From the IMG/VR virus record IMGVR_UViG_3300042448_002155, positions 49,715-113,714 of that record: a DNA stretch of 64,000 nt, one strand, 5' to 3'. The stretch's first letter is position 1, and each line of letters starts with the position of its first letter. Under the pieces are notes generated by a model. That model searched no databases. It was not told the origin of the DNA and saw only the letters and a program-made list of their open reading frames with translations. The position numbers and the translations under genes are program-made. Source of the stretch: a virus. Positions 19,721-30,520 of the stretch are shown here, piece by piece.

Positions 19721-21319
19721 TTATGCTCCTGGTCCAGCTGCTAGTGAAAAGTCTATTCTTTTTAGCCCAAAGGATGAAAGCAATTCGACCTCAAAAATAA
19801 AAACACCTCTTTGTGTTTCTGATATCTGAACGTTAAATGAGAAGTCATTTATGACTGAATTTCTTTTAAGTAGCTGTAAAAATTCTCTAGTTTCAGAAAC
19901 TATTTGATCAAAAGCCATAATATCGAAATGTGATAATGCTATTCCTTTTATTTCGCTAACGACTAAAGAGACTAATCTCATTTGCGCTAGTTTCGTAAAG
20001 GTTGAATACTGATTGGCCATCGTGTATTCGTTAGTCAAATACACCTCAAAAGGTACTGCTCTTCTCGTTTTCTTGCCACGATATAATGTATTAATTCCAA
20101 TATTTTCTAATCTCTGGTATTCTGCCTGAGTAAGATCGTTACCAAATAAAGACATGGCGCCTGGAACTCGACTTCTAATCAAAGCCTTATTGAGCGGAGA
20201 ATCTGATACCATTCCAGCTACCGCCGCTGCAGCGCCAGAGACATAGCTTAGCTTTATCTGAGGATGCTGGAAAACCATTTCTCCATAGACTGGCACTATG
20301 TATCTGCCTTTATCTGAGGATATTTGACCTGTAGCCTGATTGTATACAGTAAATTTATCAGTAAATATAGGATTCTGCTCAAGTATATCTATGTCTGATG
20401 ACTTTATTCCATTAGTTTTAGATCCTATAATTCCTATCTGTACATTTCCTGTACTATTGTGGAAATCTGAACAATAATTTGCTAGCTGCGTAACAAAGTC
20501 TACTGAACCCGTTTCGATAATAGATGTTTCCAGTGGGACTATTATATCTACAAAATCCAAATCTATTATATCTTCATAGGTTTGTTCAAGTCTTTCATAA
20601 TATTTTTCATAAAAAGTTTGAGAACTAGGAGTTGCTTGATCTCGATTAAATACTGTAGTAGATATGAATCTTCCCTCATAACTTTGAACATACTCTATCA
20701 TTGGCGCAGATGCGCATATCATTATGTCTCTTGCCCCGCAGGAGTATGCGTCTAAAACTCCTCGCAAAAGTGGACTGTCAAGATCTGCTTGGAGCAAATC
20801 TACTGCCTGCTGTATGGAGTTAATTTTTACTGGATAGTTTAATTGCACACCATCAGCGTGCCCTATTAGTAGAATCGTGCTCGTATTATTTCTATTTAAT
20901 TGCTGATATGTCGGCTTATAGTTTATAACGCTAGACTTAGGGGAGGTTATAGTTGCCGGAGATAATGTATTGGTAGATTGTTTTACCTGAAAAACTGAGC
21001 CTATATTAATGTCTCTTGCTGAACTGTTAGTTCTCGCTAAAACTGTGTAGTTATATTCATATAGGTTTTGAGGAACAGTATAATGGAATGTATATTCTCC
21101 ATTGGAGATTTTTTCGATTCTATTGCCGGTAGCTTCTGGATCTTGATCTAAATAAAGATATGGACCATCAATTATTGGCCCCGCTCCGTTGTCGCCTCTA
21201 ACGACATATACACTTATGTCTACTGGGGTAGCCAAACTCGTTGGATCATAAATTGTTCCATCAAAATCTGTAAACACAAATTTAAATTGGGCTGTCTGCC
21301 CCTTGGATAAAACTAACAT
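19721..21319 (-). CDS. Second sheath-family protein with an N-terminal Ig-like domain
   Basis: C-terminus LENIGINTL...FTKLAQMRLV...FEVELLSSFGLKRID parallels the sheath; start placed at MLVLSKG (21319). Confidence 0.6.
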   Translation of the reverse strand: MLVLSKGQTAQFKFVFTDFDGTIYDPTSLATPVDISVYVVRGDNGAGPIIDGPYLYLDQDPEATGNRIEKISNGEYTFHYTVPQNLYEYNYTVLARTNSSARDINIGSVFQVKQSTNTLSPATITSPKSSVINYKPTYQQLNRNNTSTILLIGHADGVQLNYPVKINSIQQAVDLLQADLDSPLLRGVLDAYSCGARDIMICASAPMIEYVQSYEGRFISTTVFNRDQATPSSQTFYEKYYERLEQTYEDIIDLDFVDIIVPLETSIIETGSVDFVTQLANYCSDFHNSTGNVQIGIIGSKTNGIKSSDIDILEQNPIFTDKFTVYNQATGQISSDKGRYIVPVYGEMVFQHPQIKLSYVSGAAAAVAGMVSDSPLNKALIRSRVPGAMSLFGNDLTQAEYQRLENIGINTLYRGKKTRRAVPFEVYLTNEYTMANQYSTFTKLAQMRLVSLVVSEIKGIALSHFDIMAFDQIVSETREFLQLLKRNSVINDFSFNVQISETQRGVFIFEVELLSSFGLKRIDFSLAAGPGA

Positions 21320-21321
21320 TT

Positions 21322-21693
21322 TTACTTCTCTCTTGTGGCTCCGACAGTCCAATAGTTTATTTTGCCGAACCTACCTCTAACTGCAGTGACCGCAGCTATG
21401 CTGAACATCGTATAATTTTTACTTGATTTTAAAGAATAATTTTCATATATTCTATCCCCTTCTTTAGGGAAGATATTTTCTTCAAAATAGTATACTGCGT
21501 CGTAGTTGGTTAAAATTCCTTGTTGAGTTTCAGTAGAAGAATTTGCATTGGTTATACCAGACTGACCAACCTGACGTGTTGTTACTCTTTCAAAGTGATC
21601 AGAATGATTTCCATTTGATAGTATTCTTTGCACATAAACGTCGTGTCCCCATTGCCTAAGTATGCGATTAAAGGATTTCTTTGCATCAATCAT
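21322..21693 (-). CDS. Head-closure/stopper-like protein
   Basis: Small beta-rich protein (PKEGDRI) in the neck region; start placed at MIDAKK. Confidence 0.5.
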   Translation of the reverse strand: MIDAKKSFNRILRQWGHDVYVQRILSNGNHSDHFERVTTRQVGQSGITNANSSTETQQGILTNYDAVYYFEENIFPKEGDRIYENYSLKSSKNYTMFSIAAVTAVRGRFGKINYWTVGATREK

Positions 21694-22570
21694 AACTTCT
21701 GAGGCCTCTCTTCGGCATCGGGTCATCATTTATATTAGTTGTTCCATTTGGATCATACAATTCTCTGCCAGACGGATATACAATTTTATCACTTAATTTG
21801 CTGTCATACATAGACAGGCCTGGTAGATTTTTGGGCTGGAATCCTCTTGGGCCAACTTTTGCTGCTAGCATTTCTTTTCTTAGTGCGGCAGCTATCTGAC
21901 ACCATGTCGTGGCATTGTCTCTGGTTACTCTATTCCTTGGTATGGATTTATTGGTAATGCTTAAATCGCCAAGTGTTAAGGACATTTCGTCGTCACCACC
22001 TAGTCCATAGGTTCTCGAAAGCTCACAGGCTGTTGCAGCCTTTATGTATTCAAGAACTGTAAATGACAGATTCGATCCATCTTCTGCGTCTAAAAGATTA
22101 TAAATAGCCTTTACTTCTGTTGAATAATTATAAATTATTTCACCTATCTCAAGAAGCGAGGCATCTGGGAAGTAAGCCAAAAGAGACTCAGGATCCAAAT
22201 ATAAAGGAGTAACATCTGGCGCAAAAGTTATGCTCTCGTCACTTTTTAATATAATGGTAGGCTGATATTCTTCTACTGTAGAACTAACATATAGTTTTTG
22301 TTCTACTACTACAGTATTAGAGTTAGCTAATAAGCCAGTAAATTTAACAGTATATGCGCCAGCTATAGTGGGAGTGTAATCGTAATAGAAAACTGAACTA
22401 GATACCTGGGTAGAGGTGCCTGAGTTTACGGTTACATTAGAGGAATCTTTTATTATTACTTGTGGATTTGATAAAGGGGATAATGCTACTTCGTTTCCAT
22501 CTGCATCAATGTCTTTAAACTTTACAGTTATTCTAACTGTATCACTGACCACAACTCTATCTGTTGACAT
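21686..22570 (-). CDS. Head-tail adaptor-like protein with an N-terminal Ig-like domain
   Basis: Neck position; YIKAATACEL...LGDLSI adaptor-like segment. Confidence 0.5.
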   Translation of the reverse strand: MSTDRVVVSDTVRITVKFKDIDADGNEVALSPLSNPQVIIKDSSNVTVNSGTSTQVSSSVFYYDYTPTIAGAYTVKFTGLLANSNTVVVEQKLYVSSTVEEYQPTIILKSDESITFAPDVTPLYLDPESLLAYFPDASLLEIGEIIYNYSTEVKAIYNLLDAEDGSNLSFTVLEYIKAATACELSRTYGLGGDDEMSLTLGDLSITNKSIPRNRVTRDNATTWCQIAAALRKEMLAAKVGPRGFQPKNLPGLSMYDSKLSDKIVYPSGRELYDPNGTTNINDDPMPKRGLRSYD

Positions 22571-22585
22571 CTTTTACCTCTTAGT

Positions 22586-23038
22586 TTAAGCGTTAGACAT
22601 AATAGTAACGTTAATTGTTCCAGCTGAGTTGTCCTCTAGAATAATACTTTCTGCACTGGAGATAGCATAGGCTTCATTCTTGTTTATCGACACTGCTATA
22701 TATCCGGAGCTATGTATTTCTTCATTATTCAGAGTTGAAATAGCATAGGCGTCTGCATTTATCTTAGTTATCTCTGAGGATCCGTAACCATCAAACATTG
22801 CAAATGTCATGAAAGATGAGGTTTCTGTATTTTCTATTACTCCACTTGGAGTGATAATAGAATGACTATTGACAAAAACTAATGTGCTATTTACAGACGG
22901 TGGTGATATGACGATAACGCCTAATACTTTTAGGCCACCAAAATTAGTAGTTATTCCAAAGGACTCAGGAGAAACTACATATACGCCACTGTAATTGAAA
23001 TGGGCTTGATTATAGGCTATATCTCCATTGTAGAGCAT
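22586..23038 (-). CDS. Virion structural protein (150 aa)
   Basis: ORF within the structural operon. Confidence 0.55.
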   Translation of the reverse strand: MLYNGDIAYNQAHFNYSGVYVVSPESFGITTNFGGLKVLGVIVISPPSVNSTLVFVNSHSIITPSGVIENTETSSFMTFAMFDGYGSSEITKINADAYAISTLNNEEIHSSGYIAVSINKNEAYAISSAESIILEDNSAGTINVTIMSNA

Positions 23039-23051
23039 TTACATCCTTTTA

Positions 23052-25238
23052 TTAGAATGTTCCACAATCAATGGAGAAACCACTTAATGTACTGCCATTT
23101 CCGTATAATGCGCCTGAGACTCCGATTCCACCAGTTACGACTAAAGTGCCAGTTGTGTAAGATGATGACGCGGTTGCTGCAGTAAATGTTGTAGCACCGT
23201 TTGAGGTTAAGGTAGTGAAAGCTCCTGTGCCTTTGGTTGTTGCGCCTATATTGGACGAATCAATTGTCTTATTTGTAAGACTTTCAGATCCAGCTAAAGT
23301 AGCAAGAGTTCCAGTTGTTGGAAGAGTTACGGACGTTGTTCCAGTTGAAGTGAAAGTTACCGCATTAGCACCCGACGTTGTTAGGTTACCGCCAAGGGTA
23401 ATTGTCTTACCAGTGTTTGCAACACCAGTACCGCCGTATTGACCAGCGACAGCTGTACCATTCCAGGTACCAGCTGCAATAGTTCCTACAGTCGTAATGC
23501 TGTCATCACCAGAATAGGTTCCGCCAGCCACTGCAGCGAGCGTAGCATTGTACGCTTGAACATCAGAGCCAATAGCTAGGCCAAGAGCAGTTCTAGCTGC
23601 TCCAGCATCTGTAGCTCCAGTTCCACCATTGGCTATTGCTATAGCTGTACCATTCCAAACACCAGTTGCAATCGTTCCAACCGAAGTAAGGCTTGAGGCA
23701 GTGACTCCTGAGCCAAGAGTTGAGCCAGAAAGTACAGACGTTCCAGCAATTAACAATGACTTGCCCGTCAGAAGATTAAGATTTTCTGAAGACGTCCATG
23801 CGTCAGTTGCATCAACCCAGTTAAAAGTCTTGTCTGTATCACCCTTAAGAGTGATGCCACCACCATCGGCACCTGCGTCTGTCGGAGAAGCGCTTGAGCC
23901 AAGTTCAAGATTCTTATCGTCAACAGTTACGGTAGTTGAATTGATTGTAGTTGTTGTACCATTGACTGTTAAGTCGCCGGAAAGGACAAGGGAGGTACCG
24001 GTGGCAGCACCGATGTTTGGCGTTACAAGCGTTGGCGTGTTAGCAAATACAAGTGCTCCAGTACCAGTTTCATCCGATATAATTCCAGCAAGTTCTGCTG
24101 AGGAAGTTGCTGCAAAATCCGAAAGCTTATTATTAGTAAGTGCAACCGTACCTGTTGCATCTGGCAGAGTGATAGTGCGGTCTGCAGTTGGATCTGTGAC
24201 TGCAAGAGTTGTTTCAAAGTCATTTGCAGTTGCACCTTCAAAAACCATGCTTCCACTATTGAGTGTAAGCCCTGCAAATGTTACACTTGCAGAGGTTGCT
24301 ACATCTTGACCAATAGATAATGTGTGAGTTGTTCCCTCACCTGTTGTTGCTGCAGAAGAAGTAACGCCAGTTCCACCAGTTATTGTTGCCACATAACTTC
24401 CTGAGGTATTAGTTCCAAGCGCAATTTCTATAGTTGTAGAACTTGCTGCGGTTAAACGACCCTGGTCGTCAACTGTGAAGCTACCGACTGACGCAGCACC
24501 GCCGTATGAGCCAGCTGTTACTGCAGTGTTGTCAAGGTTTAAGGTAAGCGTGTCAGTTGCAGAGGCCACCGATGTTAGGCCTATGCCACCAACTATAGTG
24601 AAGGTATCCCCACCAGCAATTGTTAAATTGTCACCGTTGTCTGCATCTACTGTAAATGAAGTAGAAATAGAAGCTGTCCCTGCTGCAGTCAAACGGCCTT
24701 GAGGGTCAACTGTGAAAGTTGGGATTGCACTAGCTGAACCATATGAACCAGCAGTAACTGTTGTATTGTCAAGATTTAGGGTTATGGTATTTGTAGATGA
24801 TGCTAATGATGAAAGCCCAATTCCACCAGATATAGTTACGGTTTCTGCGTCATCGATTGTTTGTGATGTTCCAGAATCGCCTGCTAAAGTAAAGTTATAT
24901 GTAGCAGCAGTTACGGCAGAATCTACATAACCGGTTGTTGCGACTTTTGTGCTATTATCTCCTGCTGTTTGTGTTGTTGCAGTTGCAGAAGATCCTAAGG
25001 CTACTGTTCCAGAAAATGTTTTATTTCCAGAAATAGTTTGAGTACTAGTTAATGTAGTAAATGCGCCAGGGCCAGCAATAGCTATGGGAGTACCTGTTCC
25101 TCCAGCTCCTGAGGTTCCTTTTCCATAATAGAGTACGTCGTCTACTTCTGTAAAAGCTAATTCTGCGTTTTCTAAAGATCCTGGAGCTCCAGATATTCCT
25201 CCAACCGCTCTTCTTTTAATTCTGATTGTATTAGCCAT
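23052..25238 (-). CDS. Fibre/whisker protein, Thr/Gly/Ala-rich with internal repeats
   Basis: Start [10 protein letters not shown] (25238); two copies of LNLDNTxVTAGSYG...FTVDxQGRLTAA. Confidence 0.75.
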   Translation of the reverse strand: MANTIRIKRRAVGGISGAPGSLENAELAFTEVDDVLYYGKGTSGAGGTGTPIAIAGPGAFTTLTSTQTISGNKTFSGTVALGSSATATTQTAGDNSTKVATTGYVDSAVTAATYNFTLAGDSGTSQTIDDAETVTISGGIGLSSLASSTNTITLNLDNTTVTAGSYGSASAIPTFTVDPQGRLTAAGTASISTSFTVDADNGDNLTIAGGDTFTIVGGIGLTSVASATDTLTLNLDNTAVTAGSYGGAASVGSFTVDDQGRLTAASSTTIEIALGTNTSGSYVATITGGTGVTSSAATTGEGTTHTLSIGQDVATSASVTFAGLTLNSGSMVFEGATANDFETTLAVTDPTADRTITLPDATGTVALTNNKLSDFAATSSAELAGIISDETGTGALVFANTPTLVTPNIGAATGTSLVLSGDLTVNGTTTTINSTTVTVDDKNLELGSSASPTDAGADGGGITLKGDTDKTFNWVDATDAWTSSENLNLLTGKSLLIAGTSVLSGSTLGSGVTASSLTSVGTIATGVWNGTAIAIANGGTGATDAGAARTALGLAIGSDVQAYNATLAAVAGGTYSGDDSITTVGTIAAGTWNGTAVAGQYGGTGVANTGKTITLGGNLTTSGANAVTFTSTGTTSVTLPTTGTLATLAGSESLTNKTIDSSNIGATTKGTGAFTTLTSNGATTFTAATASSSYTTGTLVVTGGIGVSGALYGNGSTLSGFSIDCGTF

Positions 25239-25240
25239 GA

Positions 25241-25579
25241 TTAAAAATTTCCTCCATCGGTAAGATTTTCTTCGGGGTGGTTCACCCAAGCTGAACCGTT
25301 GTAACGCAAAATATTACCTGAGTTCACTGTGGTAATAGTAACGTCAGTCAATCCATTTAAAACTGATTGAGTAGTAATTGCAGTTTCTGCAGATATTATT
25401 CTATCTTTTACTGTTAAATGACTGCCTGCTGGATTTAATCCAATAACCGTTTGTATGGCTTCAATGGCGTCATTTGCGTTAGCGTGTTGTTGATGGTGGG
25501 GTACTGTTGCTGAATTGAGTGGGTCAGACGATGTCGGATTGATCAACACGTCCAACGCTGCGGGATACTGGGTGCTCAT
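25241..25579 (-). CDS. Virion structural protein (112 aa)
   Basis: LNGLTDV...[11 protein letters not shown] fibre-type motif. Confidence 0.6.
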   Translation of the reverse strand: MSTQYPAALDVLINPTSSDPLNSATVPHHQQHANANDAIEAIQTVIGLNPAGSHLTVKDRIISAETAITTQSVLNGLTDVTITTVNSGNILRYNGSAWVNHPEENLTDGGNF

Positions 25580-25588
25580 TATTTTCCT

Positions 25589-25999
25589 TTACAATGAAAA
25601 AATTTTATATTGGTCGTTACTCCAATTAATCGTTACTGAAATAGGATCAGTGGTAGCTGATATTGGAAGCCCAGTAGCTGTATCTATATAGGCTAAAAGT
25701 CTTGACGTAGCTCTAACTCCAGTATCCTTGTATAAAACCAGGTAGGCAAAACCGCTATTTCCATAATTTTCCACTGTAATATTATCAGCGTCAAAAATAC
25801 CAGAAGCTGTTGTTTTTCCGCTTAACAAACTAGTAGTTGCTGCGACTGAATCTTCACTAATGCTTGACAAGAATTCATGTGTACTTAAATTTACTGTATA
25901 AGTATTTTTTACTAATGCAATTTTTAAATTGTTGTCAGTTAGATCGAATACACCCTCCAATAAGCCTTCTTTACCCTTTGTGTATAGTGCATTTGCCAT
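25589..25999 (-). CDS. Virion structural protein (136 aa)
   Basis: MANALY...KIALV...LLAYID pattern typical of small phage structural proteins. Confidence 0.6.
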   Translation of the reverse strand: MANALYTKGKEGLLEGVFDLTDNNLKIALVKNTYTVNLSTHEFLSSISEDSVAATTSLLSGKTTASGIFDADNITVENYGNSGFAYLVLYKDTGVRATSRLLAYIDTATGLPISATTDPISVTINWSNDQYKIFSL

Positions 26000-26772
26000 T
26001 ACAGGCCCACCTCAGCCGATACGATTACTCTGTATTTATAGCCTGATTCAAAGTAATTTTTTCCATCAACATAGTAAACCGGAGTAGCATCGTCTGACGG
26101 GAAGTCAATGTATACATCTGGCTTCCATGAGTGCATGGAGACTTCTGATGATACATTTTCCCATCTTGAGGGAGTCTTTTGGATTTTCTTACGTTGAGCT
26201 TTAAAGTACTTTAATGTCAAAAAGTTTGATGCTGGACGAGAACTAAATACAACTGTTACTCTTCCATTGTTCTCATCATTATTTAAATAAAAGTCACCAT
26301 TAGAAGGATTGGTTGATTCTATATAGAAATTAGGATTCTTTGCTAGTATCTGATATCCAGTTTCTATATCAGCTCTTACTGATTTATCCTCTATAAGCAC
26401 TTCGTTGAGTACTGTTGCTTGGCTCTCTTGCAGAATTGAAGGAGTTGCCGAATTGGTTTGGCTGGTAAAGCTAACTTTTTCCTCAGCCACCGTTAGCCCA
26501 GATGAGTCAACTAAGTTAGTGACCCTAACAATATAGTCGGTATTAGAGCTTAATACTACATCCCAATATAAAGTTAAAGTTCTACTAATCTGATTATAAT
26601 CAGTAATTGTATTTATTGTTCTAAATGGAGAAATTGTCTGAACAGGTGTAGCTGAATCTGTTTGTACAATAAAATTAGCATTTATTAATGATGCTATCTT
26701 GATTGTCCTGCCAAATTTAATATTTACTGTATTAACAGTAACTGTAGCACTATCTATCAAATATAAAGCCAC
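25999..26772 (-). CDS. Ig-like virion protein (257 aa)
   Basis: Beta-rich; follows the major capsid gene; GTG start with GGAG RBS. Confidence 0.55.
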   Translation of the reverse strand: MALYLIDSATVTVNTVNIKFGRTIKIASLINANFIVQTDSATPVQTISPFRTINTITDYNQISRTLTLYWDVVLSSNTDYIVRVTNLVDSSGLTVAEEKVSFTSQTNSATPSILQESQATVLNEVLIEDKSVRADIETGYQILAKNPNFYIESTNPSNGDFYLNNDENNGRVTVVFSSRPASNFLTLKYFKAQRKKIQKTPSRWENVSSEVSMHSWKPDVYIDFPSDDATPVYYVDGKNYFESGYKYRVIVSAEVGL

Positions 26773-26825
26773 TCAACACACTCCATAATTATAATCCTGA
26801 ACTAATAGTAATAAATTAATTCAAT

Positions 26826-26862
26826 AAAAAGCAAAGGGGCAGTAGATTTCTCTACCGCCCCC
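26826..26862 (-). terminator. Intrinsic terminator after the major capsid gene
   Basis: Minus strand GGGGCGGTAGA-GAAA-TCTACTGCCCC followed by TTTGCTTTTT. Confidence 0.8.
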
Positions 26863-26878
26863 AGCTTTAGGGTAATTT

Positions 26879-26900
26879 GTAACTATAACGACCCTAAGGT
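26879..26900 (-). other. 22-nt element complementary to 23S rRNA helix 69 in the capsid mRNA 3' UTR
   Basis: Plus strand GTAACTATAACGACCCTAAGGT versus conserved 23S GTAACTATAACGGTCCTAAGGT (20/22). Confidence 0.65.
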
Positions 26901-26906
26901 TTTTTA

Positions 26907-27971
26907 TCAGCTTAAGGCTACGTCGTTTGTAACTTGAACTTCGTAGTTACGGCTGAGTCTGACGTTCTTAGCAACTGTAATGCCCTCACCGTCGCCCAGC
27001 ATTACGATGTCGTAACGCTCCTTCATCTTGAGTGCACGAAGATCGCGACTCGGATCGTCGAACTGATCAGTGCTCATATCGTCCTTGACGAGAAGAGTAC
27101 CGACTTCATTACGGTCGATGAGGAAAAGGTCTGACTTAGCTGCTGTTCCGCCACTCTTAGCTGTGAAGCTAACAAAAGGCGAAACAAGAACATTCAAGCC
27201 CATCGGAGCCGTCGAGTTCAGTGCGCCTTCTGGCGACTGAGGACGATATCCCCAACTTGTACCTACAGAAGATGCTGCGCCACCAGCGTGGAAGATGGAA
27301 TCCTTGAGGAAGACCGACCACATTAATGGGTGCAGAATGAAATCTGTTGGGATATGATTTTCAGCCATAAGGATAGCGGCCATGTCCACAATGTCATCCC
27401 AGGTAATTGTCAAGTTGGCTGCGCCATCAATATTGCGACCTGTTGTGTCATCATAACTACCACTATCGTTATCGAATGCAATTGTAGCTGCATCCTTGAA
27501 ACGGCTAAGAGCAATCTGCTCTTTCAAACGAGCCATAGCACGGCCGGCTGCGCGAACATGTAAACCAACAATGTCCCAAAGTGAATCAGCGATGACTTCC
27601 TCCGTAAAGGATAGCTTAACGCCCTTCTTTGAAACTTTGCCTTCTACCTGCTTTGCGAAAGCGAGTGCTTGCTCTGGATACTCTTGTCCTTCTGGGATCT
27701 CTGCTGCTTGAATAGCGTTGACTGCGGGGAACTCCAAAGAGCGTCCCTTACCGAGACGAACAGTGGAAAGCAATGGAGTCACAAGTAGTTGTGGCTCTGC
27801 TGCTTCTTTAAGCGTACGCGAAAGAACTTTGGGGAAAAGTGCTGCTGCGTCTGGTGACGCAAAAGCTTCCTTAATTGTTACTCTGTTGTCTGCATCTATG
27901 TACCCGTCCTCAGTCAATACTGCTTCCCAAGCTGGGAGACCCGAGAGGAGCTCTTGGATTGTCTTACTCAT
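26907..27971 (-). CDS. Major capsid protein (HK97 fold)
   Basis: 354 aa; AAEIPEGQEYP, KKGVKLSFTEEVIADS; follows protease and decoration genes; strong RBS and terminator. Confidence 0.85.
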   Translation of the reverse strand: MSKTIQELLSGLPAWEAVLTEDGYIDADNRVTIKEAFASPDAAALFPKVLSRTLKEAAEPQLLVTPLLSTVRLGKGRSLEFPAVNAIQAAEIPEGQEYPEQALAFAKQVEGKVSKKGVKLSFTEEVIADSLWDIVGLHVRAAGRAMARLKEQIALSRFKDAATIAFDNDSGSYDDTTGRNIDGAANLTITWDDIVDMAAILMAENHIPTDFILHPLMWSVFLKDSIFHAGGAASSVGTSWGYRPQSPEGALNSTAPMGLNVLVSPFVSFTAKSGGTAAKSDLFLIDRNEVGTLLVKDDMSTDQFDDPSRDLRALKMKERYDIVMLGDGEGITVAKNVRLSRNYEVQVTNDVALS

Positions 27972-28021
27972 CGTAGGATTATTCCTCCTGTGTTAATGTT
28001 TCTTTTGTATTAATATTAATA

Positions 28022-28786
28022 TTAGAGTGTCAGATTGACGCGGAAAGCACCAATGACATTGTGTACGTCCAGGTTGGCCCGGATACCTAACTTACCACTG
28101 TAGGTGCCTGCACGAGTAAGCTCGTAAACAGTCTTTAATGCACCCGGATCAGAGGGAAGTTGCATATAGCTGAGTAAGCCATCATCGAAGTTGGTAGCGA
28201 ACTGCTCAACCTCAACAACTTTACCCACTTGCAACCATGGATAAGCACCAGCAGCAGTTGTTGATGCTGCAAATGCCACCGGACGACCCATGTGATCGGC
28301 TCGGATTAATGAACCAACTGTTACGTCGGCATTGACGCCTGTAACCATTGGGTACTCTACGTAACCATGTGTAATGAAGCCAGCGCCTTGCGAGGTGCCT
28401 TTGTCAAATGGTCTGTAAAGATCATATTGTGCGCAGCCAATCGGAACTGAATGGGCGCCCACAGAAACTGTATCAACTGAACCAGTAGTCGAGCTGGGGG
28501 TAGCGCCATCAAGCGGATCCCAACTGGGCATAACGTCGCCCCATGATTGGCTTGCAGCGGTTCCGTTAGCGGGAACGATGCGAGCATCGCCGTTTGCATC
28601 TGCTACTACTGAAAGAATGGTACCCTTGGTGACAACGATCTCAAAACGATCATCTTCACTATCATTGTACCATGTCGGAAGACCGGGATGGGGCAGTAAA
28701 TAGGCTGCGGGAGCGATACCCTCAGAAACTACAAACCGGCCTGCACCAGTCTTACTATGAACCTTGCGGAACTTTGCTAAACTCAT
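28022..28786 (-). CDS. Capsid decoration/cement protein
   Basis: Lies between the protease/scaffold and major capsid genes; beta-rich. Confidence 0.6.
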   Translation of the reverse strand: MSLAKFRKVHSKTGAGRFVVSEGIAPAAYLLPHPGLPTWYNDSEDDRFEIVVTKGTILSVVADANGDARIVPANGTAASQSWGDVMPSWDPLDGATPSSTTGSVDTVSVGAHSVPIGCAQYDLYRPFDKGTSQGAGFITHGYVEYPMVTGVNADVTVGSLIRADHMGRPVAFAASTTAAGAYPWLQVGKVVEVEQFATNFDDGLLSYMQLPSDPGALKTVYELTRAGTYSGKLGIRANLDVHNVIGAFRVNLTL

Positions 28787-28804
28787 TTTTTATCTCCTTA
28801 AATA

Positions 28805-30439
28805 TTAAAGTTTACGTCTACCCATAAGGGCATCTACTAGTACTTGTTCAAAAGATTCGTTAGGATCCGTAGAAGTCTTTGTATTTTCCTCTTTATCAAG
28901 AGTCAATACATTCTCTTCAGAACTAACTTCAGCTTCAGATGTTACTTGCGGCATTGTCATATAATCAGAAATGCGCTTGTTAGCCTTTGCTGGAGCCTTA
29001 GCCAGATCTCTCAAAGAGTCTGCTAATGAGGCAGCTGTGCGTGAAGCATGCTCGCCTATCAGGTTTTCTCTTTCATCTGCGGATTCGAAACCAAGACCAA
29101 TCTTGGTGTCGACAACTCTTTCTACTAGAGTTCTATGCAATGCGCTTTTGAGCTTTGCATTTTCTTCTTCAAGAGACTTGATAGATGCCTTCAAGAGGTC
29201 AATATCTTGCTCAACGCCCTCTTTGTTGTCGCTGAGATTATTTTCCTCTTCAGCGGTCTCTTGATCCTCATTGTCCTTAGACAATGACTCTTCCGGCTTT
29301 TCAGCATTTTCGGAATCAGCGTCTTGCACATCCGCCTTTTCTGAATCGTCAGATGAGTTCTTTTCTTCTTCTGAATCTGCGTCTGCATCTCCTTCGGAAA
29401 CTTCTTTTTGCTCTTCTTCTGCAGAAGTGCTTTCTTCAGTCTTCTCTTCTTCTGAAGTCACTTTGACTTCTTCTGAAGCTTCGCCTATGGCGGAAGCTGA
29501 TATATTGGAAAGATCTTCGCTTAAGCCTTCAGCTACAGCTAAAATGTCTTCACTCTTGTTAACATCTGTCATGTTACGAGTCTCCTCAGAATTATTGTTT
29601 TCAGAATCTTCATTAGATAGTAATGATTCTGTTTTATTTATATAACTTTCGCTTTCTTGAAAAGCTAAAGCTGTTAAAAAAGCGCCTTTTAGATGTAAAT
29701 AAATTGGCTTAGATTCTTTTTTCTTCATATTTGAAAGAATAGATCTATTTTCTTCAATGGAAATAATATCTTCATTATCCATGTTAAGAACAAATGCTGC
29801 GCTTCTAGCTATCCAACCTTCTGAATCGGACAGTTCGGCTTTACCGTCAGTAGTCTTAAGTGATCTGACTCCAGACTTTTGATCTGCTGGCTGATTCACG
29901 AAAGAATATTCTTTAAAGCCTATATCTTGCATGTCTATGAATGCTAGCTTGCCCTTATAGACTTGGCCTCTTTTATACTTCGGGGCCTTGGGCCTTCCAG
30001 ATGCATCTTCTACAGCGAGGTCGTCTCCTGTAATGCTACAGATTGCTTTTCCAGCTCTACCGCCGACTGAACCTGTTAGGTATCTTTTATCTAATACTTT
30101 TTGTGCAGCGACTGGATCTGTTATTGCAATTTGCAGTCTGACGAATGATGAGCCGTCGGCTTCTTTATCCATTCTAGCCGCCATAACTCTACCTATTGGC
30201 TCAGTATTTAAATCGTGATTTAAGATAATGGGCTTAGGGTAAGGGTCTACCCAAGATTGAAGGGCTTGTTCTAAAGCTTCAGCAGAATAATTATTGTAAT
30301 TAGCCGTAAGGCCTTCATGAATAGCTGCGACTTCAATAATGAGTCCATGCCTTGAATTAAATGATTCTGAAAAATCTAGATCTGACTTAGAAAGGTCAGG
30401 AAGTTCTAGAGTAAAATTTTCAACAAAGTCAAATGACAT
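28805..30439 (-). CDS. Prohead protease fused to an acidic scaffold domain
   Basis: PIILNHD...PIGRV, YLTGSVG, EYSFVNQPAD, then an E/S/D-rich coiled-coil C-terminus. Confidence 0.8.
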   Translation of the reverse strand: MSFDFVENFTLELPDLSKSDLDFSESFNSRHGLIIEVAAIHEGLTANYNNYSAEALEQALQSWVDPYPKPIILNHDLNTEPIGRVMAARMDKEADGSSFVRLQIAITDPVAAQKVLDKRYLTGSVGGRAGKAICSITGDDLAVEDASGRPKAPKYKRGQVYKGKLAFIDMQDIGFKEYSFVNQPADQKSGVRSLKTTDGKAELSDSEGWIARSAAFVLNMDNEDIISIEENRSILSNMKKKESKPIYLHLKGAFLTALAFQESESYINKTESLLSNEDSENNNSEETRNMTDVNKSEDILAVAEGLSEDLSNISASAIGEASEEVKVTSEEEKTEESTSAEEEQKEVSEGDADADSEEEKNSSDDSEKADVQDADSENAEKPEESLSKDNEDQETAEEENNLSDNKEGVEQDIDLLKASIKSLEEENAKLKSALHRTLVERVVDTKIGLGFESADERENLIGEHASRTAASLADSLRDLAKAPAKANKRISDYMTMPQVTSEAEVSSEENVLTLDKEENTKTSTDPNESFEQVLVDALMGRRKL

Positions 30440-30520
30440 TTGAATCCCCTGTTAGATAGTTATTTCTGTTTTATATAGTAAGTTTATTTTTATAACATTG
30501 AACAATTTTATATAAATATA

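Noticed and set aside
26879-26900. An rRNA gene or rRNA pseudogene
   Set aside because: The similarity is limited to 22 nt and the flanks are the capsid gene and its terminator
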